Origin: an uncultured Acidimicrobiales bacterium
GTDB taxonomy: Bacteria; Actinomycetota; Acidimicrobiia; Acidimicrobiales; UBA10347
Length of the DNA stretch: 64,000 bases
Assembly (NCBI GenBank): GCA_943788915.1
Contig: CALSSD010000008.1
Span: 186,001-250,000 of the forward strand
Direction: 5' to 3'
Shown here: in pieces, positions 1-10,205 of the stretch
How positions within the stretch are numbered: the stretch's first letter is position 1
How the letters are laid out: every line of letters starts with the position of its first letter
Position numbers and translations under genes: made by a program
Notes under the pieces: generated by a model
Seen by the model: only the letters and a program-made list of their open reading frames with translations
What the model was told of the DNA's origin: nothing
Database searches by the model: none

Positions 1-44
1 CAATCGCAGACGATGACATCGCACGCGATAGACGCAAGACGACG

Positions 45-905
45 ATGGCCGGTGACGCTATGGCAGATGATGAGGCGATGGCCGACGACGCCATGGCTGA
101 CGGTGACCATGTCGACCTGGCACTCGACTTCACTGGCCTTGAGACGCTCGGCGCTGCTGCGGTCTACGAAGGTTGGGTCATCGTCGACGGCCTTCCGGTC
201 ACGACCGGCCGTTTCAACATCGATGCCGACGGCAACGCTGTCGCTGAAGACGGTGACGGCCACGTCTTTCAGGTCGCAGCCGAGGTGGACCCGACCGCGG
301 TGGTCATCACCATCGAGCCAGCCATCGACCCTGACCCCGCACCTGCCGACACCCACGTGCTCGCGGGCGACATCGTCGACGGCATTGCTGAGCTGACCAT
401 CTCCCATCCAGCCGCACTCGGCACAGACTTCACCGGTGCCAGTGGCCGCTACATCCTTGGAACCCCAACCGACGGCGACGGCAACAACGAACTCAGTGGC
501 GTCTGGTTCATCGACCTGCCTCTGGCCCCCGGCCTCGACCTACCTCAGCTCCCTGCAGGTTGGGTGTACGAGGGTTGGGCAGTCATCGACGGTGTTCCCG
601 TCACGACCGGACGTTTCACCGACGCTGCAGCAGCCGATGACTTCGACGGATTCTCTGGCGACCAGGGCGGGCCCGCGTTCCCCGGCGAAGATTTCATCCA
701 TAACGCCCCTGACGGCGTCGATTTCCCCACCGATCTGACCAACGCAACCATCGTGATCAGCGTGGAACCAGAAGTCGACGACAGCCCAGCGCCGTTTGCG
801 CTGAAGCCGCTCGTGTCCGAAGTCGCCGACGGCATCGGCGACCACCAAGTCCAGACCCTGGGAACCGGCCCCGCGGCACCAACCGGCACCGCAACCCTCG
901 GCTAA
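45..905 (+). CDS. Acidic secreted-type protein with a duplicated YEGW..DG.PV.TGRF domain (family often annotated anti-sigma factor-like) and N-terminal AMADD repeats; probably 5'-truncated by the window
   Basis: Two copies of YEGWxxxDGxPVTTGRF; DAMADDEAMADDAMAD repeat; frame open to the window start. Confidence 0.6.
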   Translation: MAGDAMADDEAMADDAMADGDHVDLALDFTGLETLGAAAVYEGWVIVDGLPVTTGRFNIDADGNAVAEDGDGHVFQVAAEVDPTAVVITIEPAIDPDPAPADTHVLAGDIVDGIAELTISHPAALGTDFTGASGRYILGTPTDGDGNNELSGVWFIDLPLAPGLDLPQLPAGWVYEGWAVIDGVPVTTGRFTDAAAADDFDGFSGDQGGPAFPGEDFIHNAPDGVDFPTDLTNATIVISVEPEVDDSPAPFALKPLVSEVADGIGDHQVQTLGTGPAAPTGTATLG

Positions 906-919
906 CGCAGGTTTCTGGT

Positions 920-954
920 GTCGGGTTGTGGTTGTTATGCAGCCACAACCCGAC
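920..954. terminator. Hairpin between convergent genes (probable bidirectional terminator)
   Basis: gtcgggttgtggttg-ttatg-cagccacaacccgac, 15-bp stem with one G-U. Confidence 0.7.
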
Positions 955-2253
955 TCAAGATTGCAGGAAGTGAAGGTCGGTGAAACGCGAACGCAGCGCA
1001 GTGACTGCGGGTGCAGTGGCCTCGGGGTCGTGTAGGCCCCGAGCGATGAGGCCGGCGAGTTCGGGCATGTCCGATGTCGTCATTCCCCACCGCACGATCT
1101 CGTTTGTGCCGATACGAAGGCCAGCATCAAGGTCAGCAGGTAGGCCAATGGCGCAGGTCAATAGGTTTGCTTCACGCAAGCGAAGTGCAGCTGCGTGACC
1201 ACCACCCCATTCGGTCGCATCGACAGCGAACGCGTGAGACTCCGTGCCGCCTCCGAAGACCGCTACACCTTCAGCGATGAGGGCCTCTGCCAGAGCCGAA
1301 GCGCTCGCCGTCATCTCGGCCGCATACGCCGGCCCATGGGCACGCCAATCGAGCAGGGTGATCGCCAGCGATGCCGACTTGGCGGCATCAAAGTTTGCGG
1401 TGAGTCCAGGGTACGCAATTGCATCGAGGCGCTCGGCCACATCGGCATCGTTCGTGAGCACAAGGCCCGACGGAGGTCCGCCCAGGCTCTTGTAGGTGCT
1501 CATCGTCATCACATGTGCGCCCTGAGCCAAGGGGTCGGGCCATGCACCACCGGCGATTGGGCCACCAAGATGGGCGGCGTCGAACAGCAGCTTCGCGCCA
1601 ACCTCGTCGGCAATCGCTCGGATCTCCGCTACCGGATGGTGATGCAGGTTCAGGCTGGCTCCGACGCTGATCACCTTCGGCCGCACCGAACGCGCCATGG
1701 CCGCCAACTGTTCGACGTCAATGGTGTACCGATCTGCATCGATCGGCGCCTCGTGGATATCGAGTCCATACAGACCGGCTGCGCCTGCACGATTATGCGT
1801 GATATGACCACCGATCGTTGGCGGAGGGACGATCACGGCATCGCCAGGTTGCGCAAACGTCATGAATGCGTAGAGATTGGCCATGGCCCCGGACGGCACC
1901 CGGATCTCGGCATAAGTCGATCGGAACACCTCGGCCGCGAGCTCGGCTGCGATGATCTCGATCTGCTCAATCGCTTCGAGGCCCATCTCGTACTTCTCAC
2001 CCGGATATCCAAGCGAAGGCCGAGAGCCAAGCCCAGCTGCGAGGACTGCCTCTGCCCGGGGATTCATCACATTGGTTGCTGGGTTCAGGTTGACGCATTC
2101 GACCTCGTGTATGCGACGGTTCTCGGCAACCAGCTCGTGGATCCGAGCATCAATCGATGCGAGTTCAGCCTCGGCCGTCTCTGATGCAACCCGGTGAACG
2201 AGCGACTCGACTGCGGCGGGAACCCAATTTCGCGACTGTAAGTGCTGCTCCAT
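955..2253 (-). CDS. glyA: Serine hydroxymethyltransferase family protein (divergent)
   Basis: LGYPGEKY, PSGAMANL, GGHITH, FDAAH, STYKSLGGPPSGLVL PLP-lysine motif, GLRIGT. Confidence 0.85.
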   Translation of the reverse strand: MEQHLQSRNWVPAAVESLVHRVASETAEAELASIDARIHELVAENRRIHEVECVNLNPATNVMNPRAEAVLAAGLGSRPSLGYPGEKYEMGLEAIEQIEIIAAELAAEVFRSTYAEIRVPSGAMANLYAFMTFAQPGDAVIVPPPTIGGHITHNRAGAAGLYGLDIHEAPIDADRYTIDVEQLAAMARSVRPKVISVGASLNLHHHPVAEIRAIADEVGAKLLFDAAHLGGPIAGGAWPDPLAQGAHVMTMSTYKSLGGPPSGLVLTNDADVAERLDAIAYPGLTANFDAAKSASLAITLLDWRAHGPAYAAEMTASASALAEALIAEGVAVFGGGTESHAFAVDATEWGGGHAAALRLREANLLTCAIGLPADLDAGLRIGTNEIVRWGMTTSDMPELAGLIARGLHDPEATAPAVTALRSRFTDLHFLQS

Positions 2254-2384
2254 CGCGCCACTATTGCAACCAAACAATCAACCGTCGCGGATAGCGACGC
2301 TCACGAGATGCCCTGAACAGTGCGGTCGAGCAGATGCACGACACGACCGCACGACCGCTCCACGGCCGAGCGATAGCTTTACCT

Positions 2385-2866
2385 ATGGTCCGGGAGAACT
2401 TCGACGAGATCGTCGAGGAACGAGTCAAGCTCGACCGGCTGCGTGACGAGGTCACGAACGAACGGAAGAACATTGTTTCTCGTTACGAGCCGCCCGCTCC
2501 CGATGTTGTTACCGCTCCACTGTTACCGCTCCACGTTGTGTAAGCACGAAACTCTTCGGCAAGGTCGCCGCCGCAGTTTCGGTGGCCCTACTTGCCGTCG
2601 CCGGGTTCTTCGGCAATAACTCCGATACCACGGTGCATGTCGTGCACATGACAACCGTGCTCGATCGCCGCAGTGCCGGTGCAGCCACGACGGCCTATCC
2701 CACGCTTGAGCCTGGTGAGACCGCTCTTGCCACGGGGGTGTGGACACTGCCCAGGCTCGAGACCTGTCCCACAGCAACCGACGGTATTAACCACGGCAAC
2801 CTCGTCGTGCATCTCCAGGGTGGGACCGACGTGTCGCGATCGTTCAAGGTGTCCCGAGGTTTCTGA
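2385..2866 (+). pseudogene. Hypothetical membrane-anchored protein split by a 14-bp tandem duplication
   Basis: Removing one copy of tgttaccgctccac (2507-2534) joins ORF 2334-2543 in frame with ORF 2582-2866. Confidence 0.6.
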
Positions 2867-2944
2867 GTCGTTCCGGCGCGCAACCAATTCTTGGCGCCTG
2901 ACCCCAGGGTGTCGCTCGGTTCCTGTCGGTGATAGAACTCATCC

Positions 2945-3229
2945 ATGGGAATTACTGCCATCGTTCTGATCGAAGCCGAACCCGATGCCATCGCCGATCT
3001 TGGCCCGCGCCTGACCGAGATTGATGGTGTTGCCGAAGCACATTCAGTGGCCGGTGGCGACACCGACCTGGTCGTGATCGTGAAGGTGACCGATCACGAG
3101 TCAATCGCCCGGGTTATCACCGAACACATCGCCAAACTCGATGGAATTCGGAACACGAGCACGATGATCGCGTTCCGTTCCTACTCGGCCGAGGTCATGG
3201 ACGCGGCGTTCGACGGCTTCGGCGACTAG
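2945..3229 (+). CDS. Lrp/AsnC ligand-binding domain protein (no HTH)
   Basis: AIVLI...EIDGVAEAHSVAG..DLVVIVK...GIRNTSTMI pattern, 94 aa. Confidence 0.85.
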   Translation: MGITAIVLIEAEPDAIADLGPRLTEIDGVAEAHSVAGGDTDLVVIVKVTDHESIARVITEHIAKLDGIRNTSTMIAFRSYSAEVMDAAFDGFGD

Positions 3230-3310
3230 CCCGCTCTTACAGCCGCTCGTAACCGAGAACGGCGTTGATCGACGACGAGCGATCGGTCACAGGCACCAAA
3301 GGGCGCCCGG

Positions 3311-4294
3311 TCAGCTGCCGGAATCGATGCGACCTTGTTGTTCCTCGAGGAATAGCGCCTCGTAGCCATATCGCAACGTCTGCATCTCGTCCTGCACGTC
3401 TTGGGTGCAATCCCAGTCAGCTACCGCAACTTGGCGTTCCCAGTCGCGCACGTCGTCCATCATCTGTTCGACTTCGGGCGGTGGTTCCTCGCCTCCAACG
3501 AGCAATGGCGCAACCTCACTCATCCGAAGGTTCAGCTGGACGAAGATCTCCTCCCGGAAAGCCACGGTGAAACCCTGTTCGGCCATACAGCTCGACCATT
3601 CGGCTTCGAGTTCGATGAATCGTGGATCACTCTGGAACCGCTGCTCGAGTTCAGCTAACTCGGCGCCGAATTCGCCAAAGAACTCTTCGACCGCGCTGTA
3701 CTCAGCCCGGGCTGCATACACCGCGTCGTACTCCTCGGCGACACAGCCCGACCGGTCTTCGGGAGCGAGCGGTTCGCCATCGGGCGGCGTCGGGCCATTC
3801 AGCGCCAGGCTGTAGGCCTCGAGTTCAGCCTCGGAAAGTTGGCTCTGTATGTCGTCATTTGGGTCCACGAAGTCTTCGGGTTTCGGCAGGTCGATGACGG
3901 GGCGAATCGATATGCCGTAACCATTCAGCTCGGCATACTCCCGGCTTTCGGGATCTTCGGCTCCTGCTTCTGGTTCGAACTGCGAGGCAAAGTCGACGGC
4001 CACGTATCCGAAACCGACCGCCTTCATACATTCGACAACGCCCTGTTCAGCTGAACGTTCAAGCTCAACCAGGTCACCGACTCGAAGCGCTATGTCGATG
4101 CCAAGTAGATCATTGATTGGCGACTCGGCATAGGACAACGACACTCGATCACTATCGGAAGCTTCACTACCGGATGGGTCGCTGCCACACGAGGCCAGCA
4201 GAACACAGCCGACTACCAACGCTGACAGAATGCGGACGCCTACCCCTGCCCATCCGGTACCCGTCTTCGGCGGAAGCTGCTTCGTCCTCGGCAT
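3311..4294 (-). CDS. Hypothetical lipoprotein
   Basis: Lipobox LLASC; conserved-looking ECMKAVGF, WSSCMAEQGF and ADWDC motifs. Confidence 0.7.
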   Translation of the reverse strand: MPRTKQLPPKTGTGWAGVGVRILSALVVGCVLLASCGSDPSGSEASDSDRVSLSYAESPINDLLGIDIALRVGDLVELERSAEQGVVECMKAVGFGYVAVDFASQFEPEAGAEDPESREYAELNGYGISIRPVIDLPKPEDFVDPNDDIQSQLSEAELEAYSLALNGPTPPDGEPLAPEDRSGCVAEEYDAVYAARAEYSAVEEFFGEFGAELAELEQRFQSDPRFIELEAEWSSCMAEQGFTVAFREEIFVQLNLRMSEVAPLLVGGEEPPPEVEQMMDDVRDWERQVAVADWDCTQDVQDEMQTLRYGYEALFLEEQQGRIDSGS

Positions 4295-4371
4295 CCGAGC
4301 AACCTACTGGCGTGTCGATCCGTGCCACACGCACCCCACATGCTGTGGGTACGAACATTGCAGTCGCTCCG

Positions 4372-5238
4372 CTAGTTGCGGGCCTTGACAATCGCTATCA
4401 AGGCGCCCAACACCAGTGCCATCCCTGCGATCTGAACGGCATTGACCGTTTCACCGTCGAGGACAACAGCGGCCAGGGCGACCGACACGACCGGGCTCAC
4501 CAATGTGAGCTGGGAAACAAGGCCGAGCGGCACACGAGAGTGCGCCCAGTTCAGCAGCAGGTGGCCGGTGCCGGGGATGGCCACCATTGCCGGAATCCAC
4601 CACCATTTGCCGGGGCCTGGATCGAGTGTTCCGCTGAAGATCACCGCAACCGGAAGCAGTATGAGCCCGCTGAACAACAACGACATGCTCTGGTACTCAA
4701 CCGCGCCAAGGTGTTCTCGAGCCCGCTTCGACAACACGAAGTACAGGGTCCACGAGACCAACGCGCACACGGCCAAGGCATCTCCGCCTGGGCTCCACGA
4801 CGGTGAATCGACCGACCCGAACACGACGAGTCCAACGCCGGCAATCGCCAGAGCAGATAACAACCAGTCACGTCTGGTGACCGTCTCACCGAACCGCCGA
4901 GAGAAGAAGAACAGAACGACCACCGGTTGCAACGCGAGCAACATGGTGGCGTTTGCCACCGTGGTGAGTTGCACCGCCGAGAAGAAGAATCCCAATTGCG
5001 TGCCAAACACCAAACCTCCCGGCGCGGCGAGTCGCAACTTCTCGACCGTAATGTGCCCACGGGTCGCCACCAGCACCAAGCAATACACAACCGCAGCGCC
5101 CCACGCCCGGTGAAAACCCAACACGGGTCCCTCGATCTCCGCCGCCTTGGCGACGACACTGCCGATGCCCATCAGGGTCACCGCTGCGCCTACCGCTCCG
5201 AGACCAAGCCCCGATCCTTCGCCGTCAGCCTCAGTCAC
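4372..5238 (-). CDS. DMT/EamA family transporter
   Basis: About 10 TM segments in two EamA-like repeats; leaderless TAGCCT-N6-GTG. Confidence 0.85.
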   Translation of the reverse strand: MTEADGEGSGLGLGAVGAAVTLMGIGSVVAKAAEIEGPVLGFHRAWGAAVVYCLVLVATRGHITVEKLRLAAPGGLVFGTQLGFFFSAVQLTTVANATMLLALQPVVVLFFFSRRFGETVTRRDWLLSALAIAGVGLVVFGSVDSPSWSPGGDALAVCALVSWTLYFVLSKRAREHLGAVEYQSMSLLFSGLILLPVAVIFSGTLDPGPGKWWWIPAMVAIPGTGHLLLNWAHSRVPLGLVSQLTLVSPVVSVALAAVVLDGETVNAVQIAGMALVLGALIAIVKARN

Positions 5239-5418
5239 CGTCGAAGGCTAGCGGCCCGTGCGACAGGCTCTCGCTTCGACAATCTCACGACGGGGCCAGA
5301 GCACAACCGCATGATCGGTACGTCGGCCCGGGAGACGAACGGGACAAGACGCCAGTAACATCTGTTATTGGTTTCGCGGCTGTTTTGTCGGCCGTAACCG
5401 CAAGCCAGATCGGGAGCA

Positions 5419-6831
5419 ATGAGCAAGTCACCAAGGTCAACGAAGAGCCGCCCCACGCCCAATGGGCCACTACGGATCGCACTGCTCACCTACCGAGGCA
5501 AGGAACATTGCGGCGGCCAAGGTGTCTACACCCGGTACATCGCTCGTGCGCTCACCGACCTTGGCCATCACGTCGAGGTCTTCAGTGGTAACCCGTATCC
5601 CGAGATTGACGATGACATCCAGCTGCACAAACTCCCCAGCTTGGATATCTGGAACGACACCTACCCAGGCCGCATGCCTGCCTTCTGGGAGGTCAAGAGC
5701 CTTCCCGATTTCGCGGAGACCATGGGACATTGCATCGGCACATTCAGCGAACCCATGTCGTTCAGCTGGCGGGTGCATGACCTGCTGAAGGACCGACTCG
5801 ACGACTTCGACCTCATCCACGACAACCAGACACTTGGTTGGGGCATTTTGGCGCTCCAACAAGCTGGGCTTCCCGTGCTCGAGACCATCCATCACCCAAT
5901 CACGGTTGACCGCAAGCTCGAGATCGAACACAGCCGTTCAAAGATCGAAGAGTTCGGGAAACGCCGTTGGTATGCCTTCACCAAGATGCAGACCCGGGTC
6001 GCCCGTCGCATGTTGCGAGTCATGACGGTGAGCGAGTCTTCGCTTGGCGACATCTGCAGCGACCACAAGGTAAGCCCTGACCGTATTCATGTCGTGCCTG
6101 TGGGCGTCGACCCTGATCTGTTCAAGCCGCTACCTGACATCGCCCGAGTACCCGGCCGTATCGTGACCACGGCAAGCGCCGACGTTGTCCTCAAGGGCCT
6201 GCATTATCTGCTCGAAGCGTTGGCCAAACTACGCACCGAACGCGAAGACGCTCACCTGGTGATCATTGGTAAACCCAAAGATGGCGGCAAGGCCATGGAC
6301 ACCCTGGCTCGCCTTGGCCTCGAAGATCATGTCGAGTGGATTAGCGGCGTCCCCGATCAGCGCATCGTTGAGCTGTACGCCGAGTGTTCTGTGGCGTGTG
6401 TTCCTTCGCTGTACGAAGGTTTCTCGCTTCCTGCGATCGAAGCAATGTCGTCGGCTGCCCCACTCGTGGTCACCAACGGTGGTGCACTGCCCGAGGTCGT
6501 TGGTGAAGACGGTGTTGGTGCACTGGTGGTGGAGACCGGCAACCCCGATGCACTTGCTGCCGCACTTGGCCGGGTACTCGATGACCCTGAGTACGCCGAA
6601 CAACTCGGCGCCAATGCCCGGGCACGCGTGCTCGAAAACTGGAGCTGGCACCACACCGCGCTGCGCACGATCGAACAGTACGAACTGCTGCTCGACGAGT
6701 ACTACGCAACGCCACGATCCAAAATCGCTCGCCCGTTCAAGCGCGGCGGACAACTACCCGAAGGTGCCGTGAAGGCCCAGAAACTCGCCGCCGAAGCCCG
6801 CGCCCGCGCCGCGGCAGAACAACAGGTGTAA
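5419..6831 (+). CDS. Glycosyltransferase family 4 (GT-B)
   Basis: GGQGVY N-terminus, KGLHYLLEA, PSLYEGFSLPAIEAM. Confidence 0.9.
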   Translation: MSKSPRSTKSRPTPNGPLRIALLTYRGKEHCGGQGVYTRYIARALTDLGHHVEVFSGNPYPEIDDDIQLHKLPSLDIWNDTYPGRMPAFWEVKSLPDFAETMGHCIGTFSEPMSFSWRVHDLLKDRLDDFDLIHDNQTLGWGILALQQAGLPVLETIHHPITVDRKLEIEHSRSKIEEFGKRRWYAFTKMQTRVARRMLRVMTVSESSLGDICSDHKVSPDRIHVVPVGVDPDLFKPLPDIARVPGRIVTTASADVVLKGLHYLLEALAKLRTEREDAHLVIIGKPKDGGKAMDTLARLGLEDHVEWISGVPDQRIVELYAECSVACVPSLYEGFSLPAIEAMSSAAPLVVTNGGALPEVVGEDGVGALVVETGNPDALAAALGRVLDDPEYAEQLGANARARVLENWSWHHTALRTIEQYELLLDEYYATPRSKIARPFKRGGQLPEGAVKAQKLAAEARARAAAEQQV

Positions 6832-6834
6832 CCG

Positions 6835-7605
6835 ATGCTGACCGTTGACTACGACCGGCTTGGCCTGCAAGCCGGACACGAACTGCTTGATCTTGGCTGC
6901 GGCTTTGGCCGTCATGCCTTCGAGGCTGCTCGCCGGGGCGCTCACGTAACCGCATGTGACATGGCGGTGCCCGAACTCATCGACGTACGTAACACGTTCG
7001 GCGCAATGTACGAAGCCGGCGAACTCGACGACTCGACCCGCTGTAACCAGATTGCTGGCGACGCCACTCGGCTTCCGTTCGAAGACAACACGTTTGACCG
7101 GATCATCGCCAGCGAAGTCCTGGAGCACATACCCAGTGACATCGATGCGCTCACCGAACTCACTCGAGTGCTCAAACCTGGAGGCATCATCGCGGCCACC
7201 GTGCCGACATTTCTTCCCGAGCGCATCTGCTGGGCGATCAACAGCGACTACCACGCACCCGCCAGCGTCGGAGGCCATGTTCGCATCTACACCCGGGGTG
7301 AGATGCGAGCCAAGATGACCGGTGTCGGCCTCAACCCGATCGATGCACACCAGACCCACGGGTTACACAGCCCGTACTGGTGGCTCAAGTGCGCAGTAGG
7401 TATCGAGAACAACGATCACCCACTGGTGAAGAAGTATCACGACCTGCTGGTGTGGGAAATCACGGATCAACCCAAGGTTCTGCAATGGGCTGGCAAGGTC
7501 CTTGACCCGCTGATTGGCAAGAGCACCATCGTGTACGCCGAAAAGATCGTCGTCGCTCCGGCGGCCGCACAGGCCCCCAACTTGAATGAAGCACATGCAG
7601 CCTGA
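6835..7605 (+). CDS. Class I SAM-dependent methyltransferase
   Basis: LDLGCGFGRH, GDATRLPF, SEVLEHI, RVLKPGG. Confidence 0.9.
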   Translation: MLTVDYDRLGLQAGHELLDLGCGFGRHAFEAARRGAHVTACDMAVPELIDVRNTFGAMYEAGELDDSTRCNQIAGDATRLPFEDNTFDRIIASEVLEHIPSDIDALTELTRVLKPGGIIAATVPTFLPERICWAINSDYHAPASVGGHVRIYTRGEMRAKMTGVGLNPIDAHQTHGLHSPYWWLKCAVGIENNDHPLVKKYHDLLVWEITDQPKVLQWAGKVLDPLIGKSTIVYAEKIVVAPAAAQAPNLNEAHAA

Positions 7606-8653
7606 GTTCACTCTCCCGGCGATCGACGGCATCATCACTGCCGATCAGGTCCGCTCCACCGGCAAGACCATCGCCGACCTCCAACTTCCAACCGGACAGG
7701 TGCCGTGGTTTCCCGGCGGTCACTGTGATCCGTGGAACCATGTCGAGACTGCGATGGCGCTCGACGTTGTCGGTCTGCATACCGAAGCCGCTGCTGCCTA
7801 TGGCTGGTTGCGCGACATGCAACTCCCCGACGGCAGTTGGTATCAGTACTACCTGGGCAACGATGTCGAACAAGAGAAGTTCGATGCCAACACGATCGCC
7901 TACATCGCCGTCGGTGTCTGGCATCACTGGCTGCTCACCGGCGACCGGGCCTTCCTCACCGAGTACTGGCCAGTCGTCGACACTGCCATCAGTTGGGTGC
8001 TGGAACTACAACGGCCTGCTGGCGACGTCGTGTGGGCTCGTCACTCCGATGGCACCGCGTTCTCGTTCTCATTACTTACTGGTTCATCTTCGATCAGCCA
8101 CAGCCTGAAAGCAGCGATCGCGATCGCCGACGAACTCGGCCACGATCGACCAACCTGGCGCCCGGCAACCGCTGCGCTTTGTGCATGTATTCGCGACAAC
8201 GAGGCTGCGTTCGCGCCCAAAAAACGTTGGGCTATGGACTGGTACTACCCGGTGATGACTGGGGTGGTCCGCGGTCAGGCCGGCATCGACCGGCTTCAGG
8301 CGGGCGAAGACAAGTTCATCATCGAAGGCGCTGGCGTGCGCTGTGTTGCGGACCAGGACTGGGTCACGTCGGCCGAAACCTGCGAGGCCGTGTTGGCGTA
8401 TCTCGCGGTCGACGAGACCGACCGAGCCCTCGAGTTGTTCGATTGGTCACAGTGCAATCGTGATGCCGATGGCGCGTACTTCACCGGCATGGTCTTCCCT
8501 CAACGAGTGAACTTCCCTGGCGGCGAACGTTCTGCCTACACCGCTGCCGCCATCGTGCTCGCCGCCGACGCGCTCAGCGGAGCATCCCCGGCGTCCCGGC
8601 TGTTGTGGGCCCACGATGCACTCCCTGACGTTGAACCAATTGCCGTCGGCTAA
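7595..8653 (+). CDS. Prenyltransferase/squalene-cyclase-repeat-like (alpha/alpha toroid) protein
   Basis: DPWNHVETAMAL, WLRDMQLPDGSW (QW-like motif), MDWYYPV; overlaps the methyltransferase stop. Confidence 0.7.
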   Translation: MQPEFTLPAIDGIITADQVRSTGKTIADLQLPTGQVPWFPGGHCDPWNHVETAMALDVVGLHTEAAAAYGWLRDMQLPDGSWYQYYLGNDVEQEKFDANTIAYIAVGVWHHWLLTGDRAFLTEYWPVVDTAISWVLELQRPAGDVVWARHSDGTAFSFSLLTGSSSISHSLKAAIAIADELGHDRPTWRPATAALCACIRDNEAAFAPKKRWAMDWYYPVMTGVVRGQAGIDRLQAGEDKFIIEGAGVRCVADQDWVTSAETCEAVLAYLAVDETDRALELFDWSQCNRDADGAYFTGMVFPQRVNFPGGERSAYTAAAIVLAADALSGASPASRLLWAHDALPDVEPIAVG

Positions 8654-8662
8654 CCACTCAGG

Positions 8663-8691
8663 AGTGTGCATTCCTTAGGGGAGTGCACACT
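8663..8691 (+). terminator. Hairpin downstream of the GT operon
   Basis: agtgtgcattcc...ggagtgcacact inverted repeat 10 nt after the stop. Confidence 0.5.
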
Positions 8692-10087
8692 ATTCACGTC
8701 GTCTGGCGAAGTGCTTGCGTCGATTCACACGCAATGGAATGATGCGTTGCCGGAGAATGGGGAGTTCGTTGTCGACAGTGACCAGAAGCGATCTACCACG
8801 GAACACAACACAACGGCTGACTTCGTGACTCGTTCCGATCGTGCATCCACCGGCTGGACTACTGAATCGGCCTGGGTTGGTACTCGGACAGCTCTGACAG
8901 AAGCCACCGGCCTGCACCCCGACGCGTATTCCGACCCCGACTTCTTCGCACTCGAACAGAAACGAGTCTTCGAACGGGCGTGGGTGGTTGTTGGCACCGC
9001 GCCTGAAGTCGCCGAAACCGGCAAACTCCTGGTTCGAAACGTCGGGACGCGTTCCATCATCATCACCCGAGACGACGGTGGCGAGCTCCACGGATTCTTC
9101 AACTCGTGTCGCCACCGAGGCACCGAGTTGGCCGAAGCCGATTGCGAGATCGCTGGCACCATCAGATGCCCGTATCACCGATGGGGCTACGCCCTAGACG
9201 GCCAACTGATTTCAACGCCCAGGTTCGACGAGGTCCCTCGGACCGACTTCGACAAGAAAGACTATGGCCTCGCCGAAGTCCGAGTAGCCACCTGGGGCGT
9301 CTTGTTGTTCGCCTGCCTCGACCCTGAGACACCTGCCCTCGATGTCTGGCTAGGCGACTTGGACGAACGTCTCGCTGGGTACAACCTCGATGACTGGGTC
9401 GTCCAAGAGACCAGAGACATCGACATCAACGCCAACTGGAAGCTGATCAGCGAGAACTTCCAGGAGTACTACCACCTGACCTGGGTTCACCCAGAACTCT
9501 CCAAGGTGTCTCGCGTGCAGGACCACTATCGCTACCAAGGCAACGGCATGTACTGCGGTCAGACCACGACCCCCGTTTCAGGTGGTGACCGCAATGACTG
9601 GCTGGTGCTTCCGCCAGCCGACGGACTGGACGAGTCCGATGCAACCTCGGGCCGGTTTGTGGCCCTGTTTCCCAACGTGCTGCTTTCTGTGCTTCCGAAC
9701 CATGTCTTCGTCATGCAACTCAACCCAGTTGCGCCTGGCTTGACCAAAGAACACTGCACGTTCTTGTTGCCACCAAATGCGGGAACCGTCGACGACGGGG
9801 CCTTCGAAGCAACTCGTTCCTTCTGGTTCGAGGTAAACGACGAAGACATCGACATTGTGCAACGAGGCCAACGGGGCCTGACCAGGGGTGCTATTCCTCC
9901 CGGGCCCCTCGCCCCAAGGTTTGAAGAACCACTTCACCGATTCCACAACATGTTGGCTGACTGCATGACCGCAGACTCGTTAGCCACTGGTCTCACCATC
10001 CCGGCCGGAGACAAGCCTGGCAACGATGCCCAACTCGGATCCGGCACGAACCCAACCCCTCCTGCCATCGAAACTGCGAGCACCTGA
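8666..10087 (+). CDS. Rieske non-heme iron oxygenase alpha subunit (choline monooxygenase-like); true start probably further downstream
   Basis: NSCRHRG...CPYHRW Rieske motif; NWKLISENFQEYYHLTWVH mononuclear Fe motif; EDIDIVQRGQRG. Confidence 0.88.
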   Translation: MHSLGECTLFTSSGEVLASIHTQWNDALPENGEFVVDSDQKRSTTEHNTTADFVTRSDRASTGWTTESAWVGTRTALTEATGLHPDAYSDPDFFALEQKRVFERAWVVVGTAPEVAETGKLLVRNVGTRSIIITRDDGGELHGFFNSCRHRGTELAEADCEIAGTIRCPYHRWGYALDGQLISTPRFDEVPRTDFDKKDYGLAEVRVATWGVLLFACLDPETPALDVWLGDLDERLAGYNLDDWVVQETRDIDINANWKLISENFQEYYHLTWVHPELSKVSRVQDHYRYQGNGMYCGQTTTPVSGGDRNDWLVLPPADGLDESDATSGRFVALFPNVLLSVLPNHVFVMQLNPVAPGLTKEHCTFLLPPNAGTVDDGAFEATRSFWFEVNDEDIDIVQRGQRGLTRGAIPPGPLAPRFEEPLHRFHNMLADCMTADSLATGLTIPAGDKPGNDAQLGSGTNPTPPAIETAST

Positions 10088-10151
10088 CCGGCTGGTCGCT
10101 TCCCGTCGCCGGGCCAGGTGGCCGCAACGACGATCCGGCATTGTGCACGGA

Positions 10152-10162
10152 GGGTCTGACCC
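10152..10162. repeat. GGGTCWGACCC palindromic REP-like motif
   Basis: Same motif at 37316-37351 (x2) and 59101-59112, always between convergent genes. Confidence 0.55.
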
Positions 10163-10205
10163 CCGATGACGAGGAGTCTTCGCCATCACGCGTATCCGTG
10201 TGCAC

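Noticed and set aside
1195..2184. Long antisense ORFs (e.g. 1195-2184, 23124-24170, 44671-45567, 54703-55599, 57730-58647)
   Set aside because: Shadow frames of real genes, typical of high-GC DNA, with no recognisable motifs
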